Virus record (IMG/VR): IMGVR_UViG_3300031992_000042
Location: 1 to 64,000 of that record
Reading direction: 5' to 3' (one strand)
DNA length: 64,000 nt
DNA from: a virus
Lineage: Duplodnaviria; Caudoviricetes
Part shown: piece by piece, positions 48,632-57,884 of the stretch
Layout: each line of letters starts with the position of its first letter
How positions within the stretch are numbered: position 1 is the stretch's first letter
The notes under the pieces: generated by a model
Databases searched by the model: none
Seen by the model: only the letters and a program-made list of their open reading frames with translations
What the model was told of the DNA's origin: nothing
Position numbers and translations under genes: made by a program

Positions 48632-48636
48632 TATTC

Positions 48637-49434
48637 TCACCTCCAAGGATGTAAAAATTTGAACCAAGATTTCTTTTCTTTTTCTTCTTCCGGGATTCCG
48701 AGAATTTTCTCAGGTTCTTCTGTTTTTACTTTTTTAATCTCTTTAGGTTCGACTTCTGTATAATTAATAATCTGACAAAGCTCTTCCGCTAATAGATGAA
48801 CTTTACGAATATTATGCTTTAAATATACTTCTTTCATTTCTTCGAATTTAAAATACTCAGGAGTCTCATCAGCAAAAGGATTTTCTAAGGCAATATCCAT
48901 TAAATGAACAGCATATTGTCTCACGTTGTCGCTATCTTTTAAATTATATGCTTCTGTCATTTTATAAAGAACATATTTAATATCGTCTGTTTCTTCTTTT
49001 TTCTTCTGCTGTTCTTCTTCAAGTTTCTTTTGTCTTTCTGCTTCTTCTTTTTGTTTTAATTCTTCTGCTTCACGTTTTTCTTCAAGTTTTCTAATTGCTT
49101 CACGTTCCTTTTCCTTTTGTTCTTCAAGCTCACGTTTCGCTTCTTCTTTGTCGAAAACATAAGGATTTTCAGGATGTGATTCGCATAACTTTCGCGCATA
49201 ATCTAACAGTTTACGATAATTAAGTTTAGCTTCTGGTCCATGATTTTTCCATCTTGTATAACTTAATTTCATCTGAAAAAATAATTCAGCATCATCGCTA
49301 TTTTCCTGAAATGGATTATTTGGATCTAAATCCATTATGCAACGAGCGCCATGCTCAAACAATCCGTTTTCTTTTGCCTGAAAACCTTCAACCATTTCTT
49401 TATATAAAGTATATAAAGAGTTATTGCGTCCCAT
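48637..49434 (-). CDS. hypothetical protein with internal duplication and charged coiled coil
   Basis: two LYKxM.E...MD...NPF...F..MK..Y segments around an E/K-rich helix. Confidence 0.6.
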   Translation of the reverse strand: MGRNNSLYTLYKEMVEGFQAKENGLFEHGARCIMDLDPNNPFQENSDDAELFFQMKLSYTRWKNHGPEAKLNYRKLLDYARKLCESHPENPYVFDKEEAKRELEEQKEKEREAIRKLEEKREAEELKQKEEAERQKKLEEEQQKKKEETDDIKYVLYKMTEAYNLKDSDNVRQYAVHLMDIALENPFADETPEYFKFEEMKEVYLKHNIRKVHLLAEELCQIINYTEVEPKEIKKVKTEEPEKILGIPEEEKEKKSWFKFLHPWR

Positions 49435-49446
49435 ATTATTTCCTCC

Positions 49447-49821
49447 TTAAAATAGACCTTCAGCCCAATCAAGACTGCCACCACCAAGTTGTTTTTCGGC
49501 AGCTTTCTTTGCTGATGCTTTATCATCACTTTTAATAATTTTAATTTGACCCATAAGTCCCATAACACCAGTATTAGTTTTTCCACCATTTTTAATAAGC
49601 GGATTAGCTGCTTGAATAATTTTTGAAGAATCCTTTGCAAAGCTATTTCCATATAGATTAGAAATGGACTCATAATTTAACCGTTTTCCTAGTGCTTCTA
49701 ATACTGCATTAAACCATATATAAGCCATATTGTTTATTTTGTTTTCGTCTACCTCGCCCAGGTGAGCTGCTACGGCAGCTGCCGCCTCATCTAAACTTAA
49801 TGCTTCGCCTGGGCTTCCTTG
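49447..49821 (-). CDS. tail assembly chaperone, -1 frameshift extension (gpT-like)
   Basis: open -1 frame from the slippery site through 49447. Confidence 0.7.
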   Translation of the reverse strand, partial: QGSPGEALSLDEAAAAVAAHLGEVDENKINNMAYIWFNAVLEALGKRLNYESISNLYGNSFAKDSSKIIQAANPLIKNGGKTNTGVMGLMGQIKIIKSDDKASAKKAAEKQLGGGSLDWAEGLF

Positions 49822-50348
49822 TTTTTTCTTGCTGCTTCTTCTTTTTCGTCTATATGATTAAGACGCCCAAAGATTTTACAAATACGGTCAATTGTCTCTG
49901 CATCTAAGTTGTCATAGTTATCTCTGACTAAAGTAGAATTATCAAATGCAGCAACAAGAAAATCATATAATAATTGGTCTGCATCGCGGCGTTCATCTAA
50001 AACGCCTTTTCCATAGGTTAAGAACTCATGTAAAGGTATGGCTTTGATAATTCCGTAAGCAGACGCAGCTTTATTTCGAAAGTATTTAAGCTTGGTAGGT
50101 TTAAGTTCTATTTTTTGATCTCCTACCATTACGCAGTTTTCTTCTAATAAATCGGATGGTTTTTCCTCTTTTTCCGGAGAAACTTTAGGTATAGTTTCAA
50201 CTCTTACAGATTCTTGCGGAATAGTATTAATTGTAGGAGTTTGACTCGGTTGTTCTTTATTCAATTCAACCGCTGCAGGTTTTTCTTTATCAACAATATT
50301 TTCTTCTGGTAATTCTTTTAATTTGCTTATATTTGGAAATTTAGTCAT
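49797..50348 (-). CDS. tail assembly chaperone (gpG-like)
   Basis: between major tail protein and TMP; A AAA AAC slippery site near 3' end. Confidence 0.75.
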   Translation of the reverse strand: MTKFPNISKLKELPEENIVDKEKPAAVELNKEQPSQTPTINTIPQESVRVETIPKVSPEKEEKPSDLLEENCVMVGDQKIELKPTKLKYFRNKAASAYGIIKAIPLHEFLTYGKGVLDERRDADQLLYDFLVAAFDNSTLVRDNYDNLDAETIDRICKIFGRLNHIDEKEEAARKNKEAQAKH

Positions 50349-50415
50349 TAACCCTTTCTCCCTTCAAAGACGCTTTTGCGTCTGTTTAGACATCTATTGT
50401 CTAAAAAATAAAAAA

Positions 50416-50440
50416 GGGGGGTACCATATAGGTACCCCCC
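50416..50440 (-). terminator. terminator after the major tail protein gene
   Basis: ggggggtacc-loop-ggtacccccc then T-run. Confidence 0.7.
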
Positions 50441-50477
50441 TGTTCTTAATCCTTGGTACCTTTTAAAACCTTTTAGA

Positions 50478-51058
50478 TTAAGCATTCTTGCCAACAAAGG
50501 CGATAGAATAGGTAGCTTCGTCAGGGCGCTTGGCATCCATAGCAGCCAGCGTGAAGCCGAAGGTATTCGCAGTCTTGTAGGACGCATCGAAACCCGGAGC
50601 CTGCGTAACACGAGCATTGTAAACACGAACCAGAACATAACCGATAATAGAGCTATCTGTGCAGTTTTCGCCAGAACCGTAAACCGGATATTTCATGATC
50701 GCTTCACCACGAGCGGAGCTGCGGTTGTCAATGTTTGCTTCTTGAGCTTCTACAGAATAGAAATAAGAAACAGCAACATCGTTTTCAACGTCGCCTGCAA
50801 AGAAGATAATCTTAGCGACTTCGCCAGATGTATCAACCTTGAACTTTCCTTTAACAGGTGTTTGCGCTGTTTCTTCAAGCCCAGCAATAGAAACAGAACC
50901 TGTAATTGGAATCTTTGCTAAATCAACTTCGTTCGTGCCGTCAACGGTCAGAATTTCAGTAATTGGCATCTGATAATGTTCGTTCGTTTCAAAGTTGGTA
51001 GCATTCGCCATAACAAACAGGTCAGCTTCAAACTTACCTGAAGTAATGGACATCTCAA
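50478..51058 (-). CDS. major tail (tube) protein, exon 2
   Basis: in frame with exon 1 after intron removal; highly expressed codon style. Confidence 0.8.
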
Positions 51059-51443
51059 CATTTTGTTCAACTGAGGGCGCTAACCTCAGCCCGCTTATTA
51101 AGCTGCTGCACATTGCTGTGCAGTTCAGACTATCTCTTCACCCTATTAAATAGGGGCTCTTCTTTTCGACCCGCTTGGGCCTACACCTTTCGGTTAGTCG
51201 TTACACATTCAAACAGAAATCCAATGGAGATTATTGGTTTTATTAAGTTTTCCTCTGATACATTTTATAATCGCACTTGCATCTGCCCCGGTTTGACGTT
51301 GAGCTTCTGCTGCAGATTCATATTCAACACCAGTTTCAATAAATAATCATATAACCACCTATTTCTGTTCTTAGCACGGGATTGTCCCAATGGGAGTTTC
51401 CCCGTTTAGAAGAGTAATTTATAGTCCGCCCAAGAGATTGTTT
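51059..51443 (-). ncRNA. group I intron, 385 nt
   Basis: exon U before the splice site, terminal G, P1 with U.G, P/Q/R/S-like core elements, splicing restores frame. Confidence 0.88.
51209..51350 (-). pseudogene. deleted homing endonuclease remnant inside the intron
   Basis: AGGTGG RBS plus MIIY start fused out of frame to a NUMOD1/IENR1-like segment IETGVEYESAAEAQRQTG...IIKCIRGK...HW. Confidence 0.7.
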
Positions 51444-51636
51444 AGGTGGACTGACCGGGTAAATAAGCCACAGGATACAGAGACCAACCAGCGTTAATTT
51501 CTGTATAGTTAACCTGAGGCGTTACGGTCGCATTAGTGAGTTCATCGAAATAGAACACGCGACCATCGCAGCGTTTAAACCACAGCCGCGGCACGTCGGC
51601 AACGTATCCGTTAAACTCTTTAACATAAGTAGCCAT
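51444..51636 (-). CDS. major tail (tube) protein, exon 1
   Basis: GAGGT RBS, MATYVKEFNG...LPGQST. Confidence 0.8.
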
Positions 51637-51763
51637 AACACATGACCTCGCTTTTGTATATTTATAACAACAACCAATTCTCTCCCACAAGTTTCAGTTG
51701 CGGTTATACGATGAGGTCCTTCATATAACCTTTGATGCCAGTATTAGCCCTGACTCAAGGCTC

Positions 51764-52228
51764 TCAATAAACCTTCATGTAATAGAAAGCAATTGATTTT
51801 CGAATATACCCGACAGTACGGGTTCCAAGATCCCAGTCTCCGGCTATCCAAAACCGATAACCAGTATCTGCAATATAACGCTGACTTGTTAAATCGTGAT
51901 AGATTTTTTCTGCAATAAGATCTGCTCTACTTATTAATCTATCGTCTCCAACGTTATGCATCTCTTCTTGTTTAACATAAATATCGAATGTCATCATATT
52001 TCTACGAACATTAGGAACATTTGTGTCACTTCCCTGTTCATCTGAATATATGATCCTACATACTTCATCGGTTAATAATTCATTTGTAAAACCAGCGCGA
52101 ATAAAGTATCTTTCACAAAATTGAAGAATACCAGTTTTAGGCGGTATTTTCATAAGACGTTTAAGTTCGTAGTCGCGCCAGATTACGTCACGAATAATTT
52201 TATTCCAAGCATTAACCCAGCCTAACAT
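51764..52228 (-). CDS. tail completion/terminator-like protein
   Basis: position upstream of major tail protein. Confidence 0.55.
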   Translation of the reverse strand: MLGWVNAWNKIIRDVIWRDYELKRLMKIPPKTGILQFCERYFIRAGFTNELLTDEVCRIIYSDEQGSDTNVPNVRRNMMTFDIYVKQEEMHNVGDDRLISRADLIAEKIYHDLTSQRYIADTGYRFWIAGDWDLGTRTVGYIRKSIAFYYMKVY

Positions 52229-52644
52229 TATGAAATACCTCCTAATAAAGTAGATAATTCTTCTATTATTTCTGGCTGTGCTGATTCAATAAACCGTTGC
52301 TGGACATCTGTCCAATCAAGCATATTGTAAATTTCAGACTCAATAAAAAAAGAAATTTTTTTGTCAAAATTATCGTTTATTAAATCAACTAACCCTCTAT
52401 TTTTAGATAAAAAATCAACAGATAGTTTAGCTATATCAATTTCAGCCTTTGCTTTAATTGCTCCAATTCCAAACTTAACTTCTGCAGATAAATAATGAGT
52501 TAGCATATTATATATTTTTTTATCTTCTTCAGTACTAGCAGCAGATGCACTTATAGTTAATTCGTTTCTCATCATTCCGTATAATGCATTTTTAAAATAC
52601 AAAAAAGATGTATCTCCAAAAATAGAGTATAAATCAGTACCCAT
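52228..52644 (-). CDS. head-tail region hypothetical protein
   Basis: ORF track, synteny. Confidence 0.5.
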   Translation of the reverse strand: MGTDLYSIFGDTSFLYFKNALYGMMRNELTISASAASTEEDKKIYNMLTHYLSAEVKFGIGAIKAKAEIDIAKLSVDFLSKNRGLVDLINDNFDKKISFFIESEIYNMLDWTDVQQRFIESAQPEIIEELSTLLGGIS

Positions 52645-53368
52645 GTATACCACCCGGCTTTTTCTTTGCATGAAACTTTAACGTTCCATATTCGCCAAAA
52701 ATATTTATGCCTACTCTATTTATATCAACAATGTAATATGTTTCATTTCCCCACTCAAACTCATCTTTTATATGAATTTGGGCAGTTTTAGGATTGTATT
52801 GAGTTGTAAATATAGTCAAAGCATTAACAGTTTCTCCGGGTGTCCCAGACACAGTAACATCTTCAGGTCTTCCGTCGTAACGGAAAGCATTGCATGGAAG
52901 CCTGTCAACAATTTTAATTTTGCCTGATTTAGATCCACGTTTAACATAACCTAAATCATCGACTTCTGCATCTTTAAATCGTTCAATATTTAACATCATA
53001 TTGCATCGTAAAGCACGAGAAGGAGCATTATTCGATTGAAGATGAACTTCCCAGTCTAATATGTAAACCGTATTATCTGGTTCAATAAGCATATCACCTT
53101 TTCGTATTCCGCTTGAGCGAGAACATCTGATGTTCATATTATTATCTGTATTTTCATATCGACTCTTTGTAGAATCTGGATATATTTCTCCACGAATATA
53201 TGTCGGCTTATAGTCTTTTTCAAACTGGTCATACCAATTATGAAGAAGTTCAAAATCCATATTCGTATCTGGAATATCCTGTTCTAAGAATTTATCAAAG
53301 TCAGCGGCAAGCGTCCTCGGGACCCTAAACCGCTTGGTAGTACCTTGCGGTACATAGGGAATAGACAT
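52634..53368 (-). CDS. head closure/adaptor-like protein
   Basis: synteny; GAGGTGG RBS. Confidence 0.55.
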   Translation of the reverse strand: MSIPYVPQGTTKRFRVPRTLAADFDKFLEQDIPDTNMDFELLHNWYDQFEKDYKPTYIRGEIYPDSTKSRYENTDNNMNIRCSRSSGIRKGDMLIEPDNTVYILDWEVHLQSNNAPSRALRCNMMLNIERFKDAEVDDLGYVKRGSKSGKIKIVDRLPCNAFRYDGRPEDVTVSGTPGETVNALTIFTTQYNPKTAQIHIKDEFEWGNETYYIVDINRVGINIFGEYGTLKFHAKKKPGGIHGY

Positions 53369-53377
53369 ATTGCCACC

Positions 53378-53707
53378 TCATTTCATTGTTCTTGCAAGAT
53401 ATTCACTAAAAGGCATTGTTGTAGCTTTCACGCCCTTAAAAGAAAGATTTTCAGGCAATCGTCTAACAGCATTTGCTTGATCTAAAAGCTTATGTCTAAT
53501 TTTTTGAAACCTTTCTACTAATTCAGGAGACCAGTCTTGTTTTTGCTTGTTTCCTGAAAAATAATAAAACGCATCTTCTACATCCATTAGTATACGTTTT
53601 AACTCTAAACTGAGCATTTCTGTATAGTCGATAAAGTCATATTCTTTTTCGACTACAGTTTCAAGATCTTTATTTTTATATTCGATCTTCACTCTAAAAT
53701 CACTCAT
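53378..53707 (-). CDS. hypothetical protein
   Basis: ORF track. Confidence 0.55.
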   Translation of the reverse strand: MSDFRVKIEYKNKDLETVVEKEYDFIDYTEMLSLELKRILMDVEDAFYYFSGNKQKQDWSPELVERFQKIRHKLLDQANAVRRLPENLSFKGVKATTMPFSEYLARTMK

Positions 53708-53719
53708 TTACTTTCACCC

Positions 53720-54163
53720 TTAAGTCTCGTTTGTATCACGAGCCATCATTTTATGAAAAACACGAATCCGATCAAGTTCGAGATCATCGATTTCCTGTTG
53801 TATCGATTTATATCCCTCTTTTGCTCCTGTTACAGATAACGCATCTGTTGTATAACTCATAGCTGCATCACCAGCAACATCGTTAAAAACTTTACGATAA
53901 AAATTTAACTTGCAAAGAATATAAATGTATTCTTCTTGGACAATATCAAAATCATGATCATAACAAACATTTTCTTCTTCGTCAGTTGTAAACAAAGTTC
54001 GGTCATAACTATTAGGGTGGTTGACGTCAACAAAAAACCTTTTAATTGCCCATACTACGATTTTTACAAAATCTTCTGGATACATAGGCGTAGGTGTACT
54101 TTGCCAATCTAACTCTTCTTTGAGCTGATCAGCTGTTTCCTGAATATTGTACACATCAGCCAC
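53720..54163 (-). CDS. head-tail connector-like protein
   Basis: synteny; AAGGA RBS. Confidence 0.55.
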   Translation of the reverse strand: MADVYNIQETADQLKEELDWQSTPTPMYPEDFVKIVVWAIKRFFVDVNHPNSYDRTLFTTDEEENVCYDHDFDIVQEEYIYILCKLNFYRKVFNDVAGDAAMSYTTDALSVTGAKEGYKSIQQEIDDLELDRIRVFHKMMARDTNET

Positions 54164-54174
54164 TCCTTTCTAAA

Positions 54175-54642
54175 TTATTGTTCGCTCTCTTCTTCTTCGA
54201 GAAGATCACGATTGGGCATTTTAGCATTCAGAACCTTCAACTTGCTTGCTGGAAGGTCCATCTTTTTGCCAACTTCCCAAATTTCATGGATTTCAACAGG
54301 ATCTTCAATCTTGTTAATCCAAGACTTAAAAGCATTAAAAGGCTTTTTAAGATTTGCTTCAATTTCTTTGGCGTTATGATGTACAGCCGTAGATTCATCC
54401 GTGAATCCGCCTACATCTTCAAGTGTTAAGTCTTTGCCATTATCATCTACAGGAACTAACATTTTTCCTGAGAAGAATTTACGATGAGTACAAATACTCT
54501 CTATATAGAGAATATCGTTAACAGACAGCACGGCAAAGCTGCCCGGTTTAATATTTAAAGATTGTTGACCGTTGTTAACATAAACACCGATAGCGTGGTT
54601 ACAACGATTATATACGCGATATCTCGCATCTCCGTTAATCAT
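54175..54642 (-). CDS. conserved protein downstream of the major capsid gene
   Basis: synteny resembling SPbeta-like head modules. Confidence 0.6.
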   Translation of the reverse strand: MINGDARYRVYNRCNHAIGVYVNNGQQSLNIKPGSFAVLSVNDILYIESICTHRKFFSGKMLVPVDDNGKDLTLEDVGGFTDESTAVHHNAKEIEANLKKPFNAFKSWINKIEDPVEIHEIWEVGKKMDLPASKLKVLNAKMPNRDLLEEEESEQ

Positions 54643-54684
54643 AATTCCTTCATACCTTTCATCGAAATAAAAATATCAAAAATA

Positions 54685-54712
54685 GGGAAGCGAGCCGTAA
54701 AGCTCGCTTCCC
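54685..54712 (-). terminator. terminator after the major capsid gene
   Basis: gggaagcgagc-tttacg-gctcgcttccc then tattttt. Confidence 0.75.
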
Positions 54713-54729
54713 GTAAAACCAAATAATGA

Positions 54730-55731
54730 TTAGCCGATCTCATACGCACCGATGGTGGGAATGGAACCAACAACAAACGCAGCACCGAAGCGCTGAGTCA
54801 GTTCAGTTTCAAACGTATGATCATCGATAGTCTGTTGAGTCATGCTATAGGTCGGACCTTCGTTCAGAACCTTCAGGTTCTTCTGATCGTTGGACACACC
54901 GGCAGAGATAATGTAAATCCAGTCGGGGTTCAGGATCGGAGTGGTCTTGCCATCTTCATAAGCATTGATCATAGAGATAACAGCAGCGCCATTGTAACGA
55001 CCAAGGTAGCCATTGTTATTCTTCTCATCGATCATGCTGCCACTATACTGAACACTATTGTTGTTAACAGGAGCGCCAGACAGAGCAAACAGACCTTCAA
55101 CAGCAGCAGCGTCACCAACAAGGCTTACGCCGCCAAGCCGCTTAAAGTACATCAGCTGATCGTCGATAGTGTTCTTAACGATACCAGTACCAGTGCCGTA
55201 GAACGGAGTGCTGTAAGCACCGCTGGACAGAGCATCATGCAGAACCTTTTCAACATACTTCAGCTTCAGCATAGTGAATTCTTTGTTTGCATCACGAATC
55301 AGGTCAGGCATATTGATCCGGTTCATACGAATGTCCCAGATATTGATAGCCGGACGGCTCGCGATTTCGAAAGTATTAATAGAGAACTGACGATCAGTCA
55401 CGTAGCTCCGAGCGGTGGTAGCACCAGTCGCTTGGATAAACGCCTTGATGCCAGCAGTCTTCATGCGATACATGGGACGGTCACCCAGAGCTACGTTACG
55501 CACATCCGCAAAAGTCTCGATGAAATTCAGAGAATTCTGTTGCAGTTCATTGATGGTGAACGCAATAATCTGACCAATTTCATGCTGATGCTGAGGAGAC
55601 ATATCCTGAGCCAGCTCGTTGACGATAGCGGAAGCCTCTTCGACCTTGTCGGATTCGACCCGTTCATTACGGACCTGAGCAGCCATTACTTTAATGAGCT
55701 TGCTGTCCTTATCAACCCTAATTTCAGCCAT
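54730..55731 (-). CDS. major capsid protein
   Basis: 333 aa, strong codon bias, GGAGGTG RBS, position after scaffold/decoration genes, terminator downstream. Confidence 0.8.
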   Translation of the reverse strand: MAEIRVDKDSKLIKVMAAQVRNERVESDKVEEASAIVNELAQDMSPQHQHEIGQIIAFTINELQQNSLNFIETFADVRNVALGDRPMYRMKTAGIKAFIQATGATTARSYVTDRQFSINTFEIASRPAINIWDIRMNRINMPDLIRDANKEFTMLKLKYVEKVLHDALSSGAYSTPFYGTGTGIVKNTIDDQLMYFKRLGGVSLVGDAAAVEGLFALSGAPVNNNSVQYSGSMIDEKNNNGYLGRYNGAAVISMINAYEDGKTTPILNPDWIYIISAGVSNDQKNLKVLNEGPTYSMTQQTIDDHTFETELTQRFGAAFVVGSIPTIGAYEIG

Positions 55732-55745
55732 TGCAATTCACCTCC

Positions 55746-56192
55746 TTAACCAATTGTACCGTCAGCCTTCAGGGTGTACACAGCACCAGCAGTAGGCGTT
55801 CCGGTCACGCAGGTAGTAACAAACTCTTCGCCCAGTAACAGAGCGTGAGCCCGCATCAGTTCACCGACAGGCTGCGTATAATTACGCTTGTCGTATTCCT
55901 GATAATCTTCAACATTAAATTGACGTTCGTTTTCAACTAAGAAATGGCGCTTGCCAATTTCCTGAACTTGAAAACGATAGGCAGTCATGCCACCATAGAT
56001 ATCGGTAACTTCCATGCAAAGGAACTTCGCACCAGTATCAGCAGCCGGAAGAACCAGTGCATCATTGGTAGGAGGAGTTGTGGAAGCTAAACCCTGATCC
56101 ATGATAAGACCATTCGGCACAGGATTAGCAGCACCATTCTTCAGAGTGCCTTCATAAACATAACCCTGAAGCTTTGTCATATATCCAGCCAT
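55746..56192 (-). CDS. capsid decoration/cement-like protein
   Basis: 148 aa between scaffold and MCP, strong codon bias. Confidence 0.6.
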   Translation of the reverse strand: MAGYMTKLQGYVYEGTLKNGAANPVPNGLIMDQGLASTTPPTNDALVLPAADTGAKFLCMEVTDIYGGMTAYRFQVQEIGKRHFLVENERQFNVEDYQEYDKRNYTQPVGELMRAHALLLGEEFVTTCVTGTPTAGAVYTLKADGTIG

Positions 56193-56221
56193 AGCTAGTC
56201 ATACCTTTCATTTAGATTTTC

Positions 56222-57577
56222 TCAAGCCTTTTCAAGCAGAGAATAAGACGCCGTTTTGGTTTCTTTTTCAAGCAGAGAATATTTCCCTGTTGCATTAAGA
56301 TCACCCATAAACGGATTGATTTCGCCTACAACTGGTTTCGCTTCGGCAATTTGCTTCTGCTCTTTCAGCTCAGCGATTTCAGACTTAAGCTCGCTAATCA
56401 TGTCAAGCATTTCTGCAATTAACTGTTCAGCGGTCTTTTTCTGTTCTACATTAATAACAGGTGGGTCTTCTTCAGCAGCAGGTTCGGTTTCGCTCTGGTC
56501 GTTGCCAGACCCTGAATCACCGGACTCACCGGAATTATCCCCATTTTGTGTTTCAGAATTGTTGGTTTCACCGCTAGTTTCTCCGTCTCCAGATTCGCCT
56601 GCGCCGTCTCCATCCGCTTCTGCAACATGAATACCATCAACTGTTTCAACCAGAGTACCTTCCTGGACATCATTACTGCATGTTTCAATCGTTACAGTCT
56701 GGCTAACTTCTTTGCCAGTTTCTGTATCGTATGCAACACTGGTATGACGTTCTTCATGATATTCACGAGTTACAACAGCTGCGTTTTCTGCCTCAGCAGT
56801 TTCTGTGCTTTCAGCAGTTTCTTCTTCAGCCTTTTCCTTTTTCTTGCAGGCTGCATTTTCGGTTTCTTCTTCAGATTCGGCATTTTCAGCTTTATCTTCT
56901 GTTTCAACCTTTTCTTCTTCAGCCAGTTCAGGCTGTGTGGCTTCGGTCTCAACGACTTCAGCCTTGGTTTCGACTTCTGCCATTTCACTTTCACCCTTTC
57001 TGGTTTCATCTGTGTTCTTCTGTGCTACTAATTCAAGTGCCACAGCTTCTTCACAGGCGGGATAGGTCACAATGGCTGTGCCTTCCAAATAGTTGTTTTC
57101 AGACGCATCGATCAGAATTGTTTCATCATCAAGTTCGGTGTACTCACCAACAGAAAGTTCGAAAGAAAATTTCAGAGCATTATCGGCAAATAATTCGGAT
57201 ATTGCTTTGCTTAACTTTTTGTTGCGCTTTGGAATACGAGCGTATCCAACCAAAGCACAGCCGTTCTGTATAGTTTGTTTTTCGAATTGATAAAAACTTC
57301 CGATCTGCGTTGAATGGAACTCGCCTGTTCTGACATCGTACAGATGACCAAGGCGATTATAATTTCCATTAGTCAGAGCCTTGACGTCCGCATAAAGCGG
57401 AAGACCTACATACCGCGCTTCATTACCTACAATTTCATCGATGAAAGCTTCGGTAACTCTTGCTCCGTTAAGATTAGCCTCAGGAGCTTCGCATATGCGA
57501 GCCTTGACAGTCATAAAAACATCCGACTGCTGGATTTCGGAAATGGTAGACGCAAAGACAAGTTTGCTCATAACCAT
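56222..57577 (-). CDS. prohead protease plus acidic scaffold
   Basis: N.NG...H...FSFEL...GTAIV..PA N-domain, then E/T/A-rich region. Confidence 0.7.
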   Translation of the reverse strand: MVMSKLVFASTISEIQQSDVFMTVKARICEAPEANLNGARVTEAFIDEIVGNEARYVGLPLYADVKALTNGNYNRLGHLYDVRTGEFHSTQIGSFYQFEKQTIQNGCALVGYARIPKRNKKLSKAISELFADNALKFSFELSVGEYTELDDETILIDASENNYLEGTAIVTYPACEEAVALELVAQKNTDETRKGESEMAEVETKAEVVETEATQPELAEEEKVETEDKAENAESEEETENAACKKKEKAEEETAESTETAEAENAAVVTREYHEERHTSVAYDTETGKEVSQTVTIETCSNDVQEGTLVETVDGIHVAEADGDGAGESGDGETSGETNNSETQNGDNSGESGDSGSGNDQSETEPAAEEDPPVINVEQKKTAEQLIAEMLDMISELKSEIAELKEQKQIAEAKPVVGEINPFMGDLNATGKYSLLEKETKTASYSLLEKA

Positions 57578-57584
57578 TCTCCCT

Positions 57585-57845
57585 TTGCTTTGCGTTCAGT
57601 GGTGGGAGACAAAGAGCGCAAGGCTAATCTATACAAACACCTTTCGGTGGATGTATTAAAAAATGCTGGGACTTATACACAAAGGATGCCCAGCCGCTAC
57701 CAAGGTGCGCATTACAAATAAAATTTTTAAGGAGGAGGAATCTTACCTATGAAAGTTTTGAAGAGGCGCTGGTAGCACTATTAAATAAATCGATTTTATA
57801 GGGATATCGTAACCGCAACAACGTTGCATTCAGGCGCAACAAACC
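57585..57845. ncRNA. candidate structured RNA between portal and protease genes
   Basis: four or more stems in a 300-bp gap. Confidence 0.35.
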
Positions 57846-57884
57846 ATTACTGCTCTTGACTTTATTTATAGACGCGCAAAGCTT

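Noticed and set aside
51060-51113. Track start MCSSLISGLRLAPSVEQNV for the 211-aa ORF
   Set aside because: This is intron sequence; the true N-terminus is exon 1 at 51636
54817-55749. 310-aa + strand ORF antisense to the major capsid gene
   Set aside because: Shadow ORF expected from the strong codon bias of the capsid gene; no RBS or recognisable motifs
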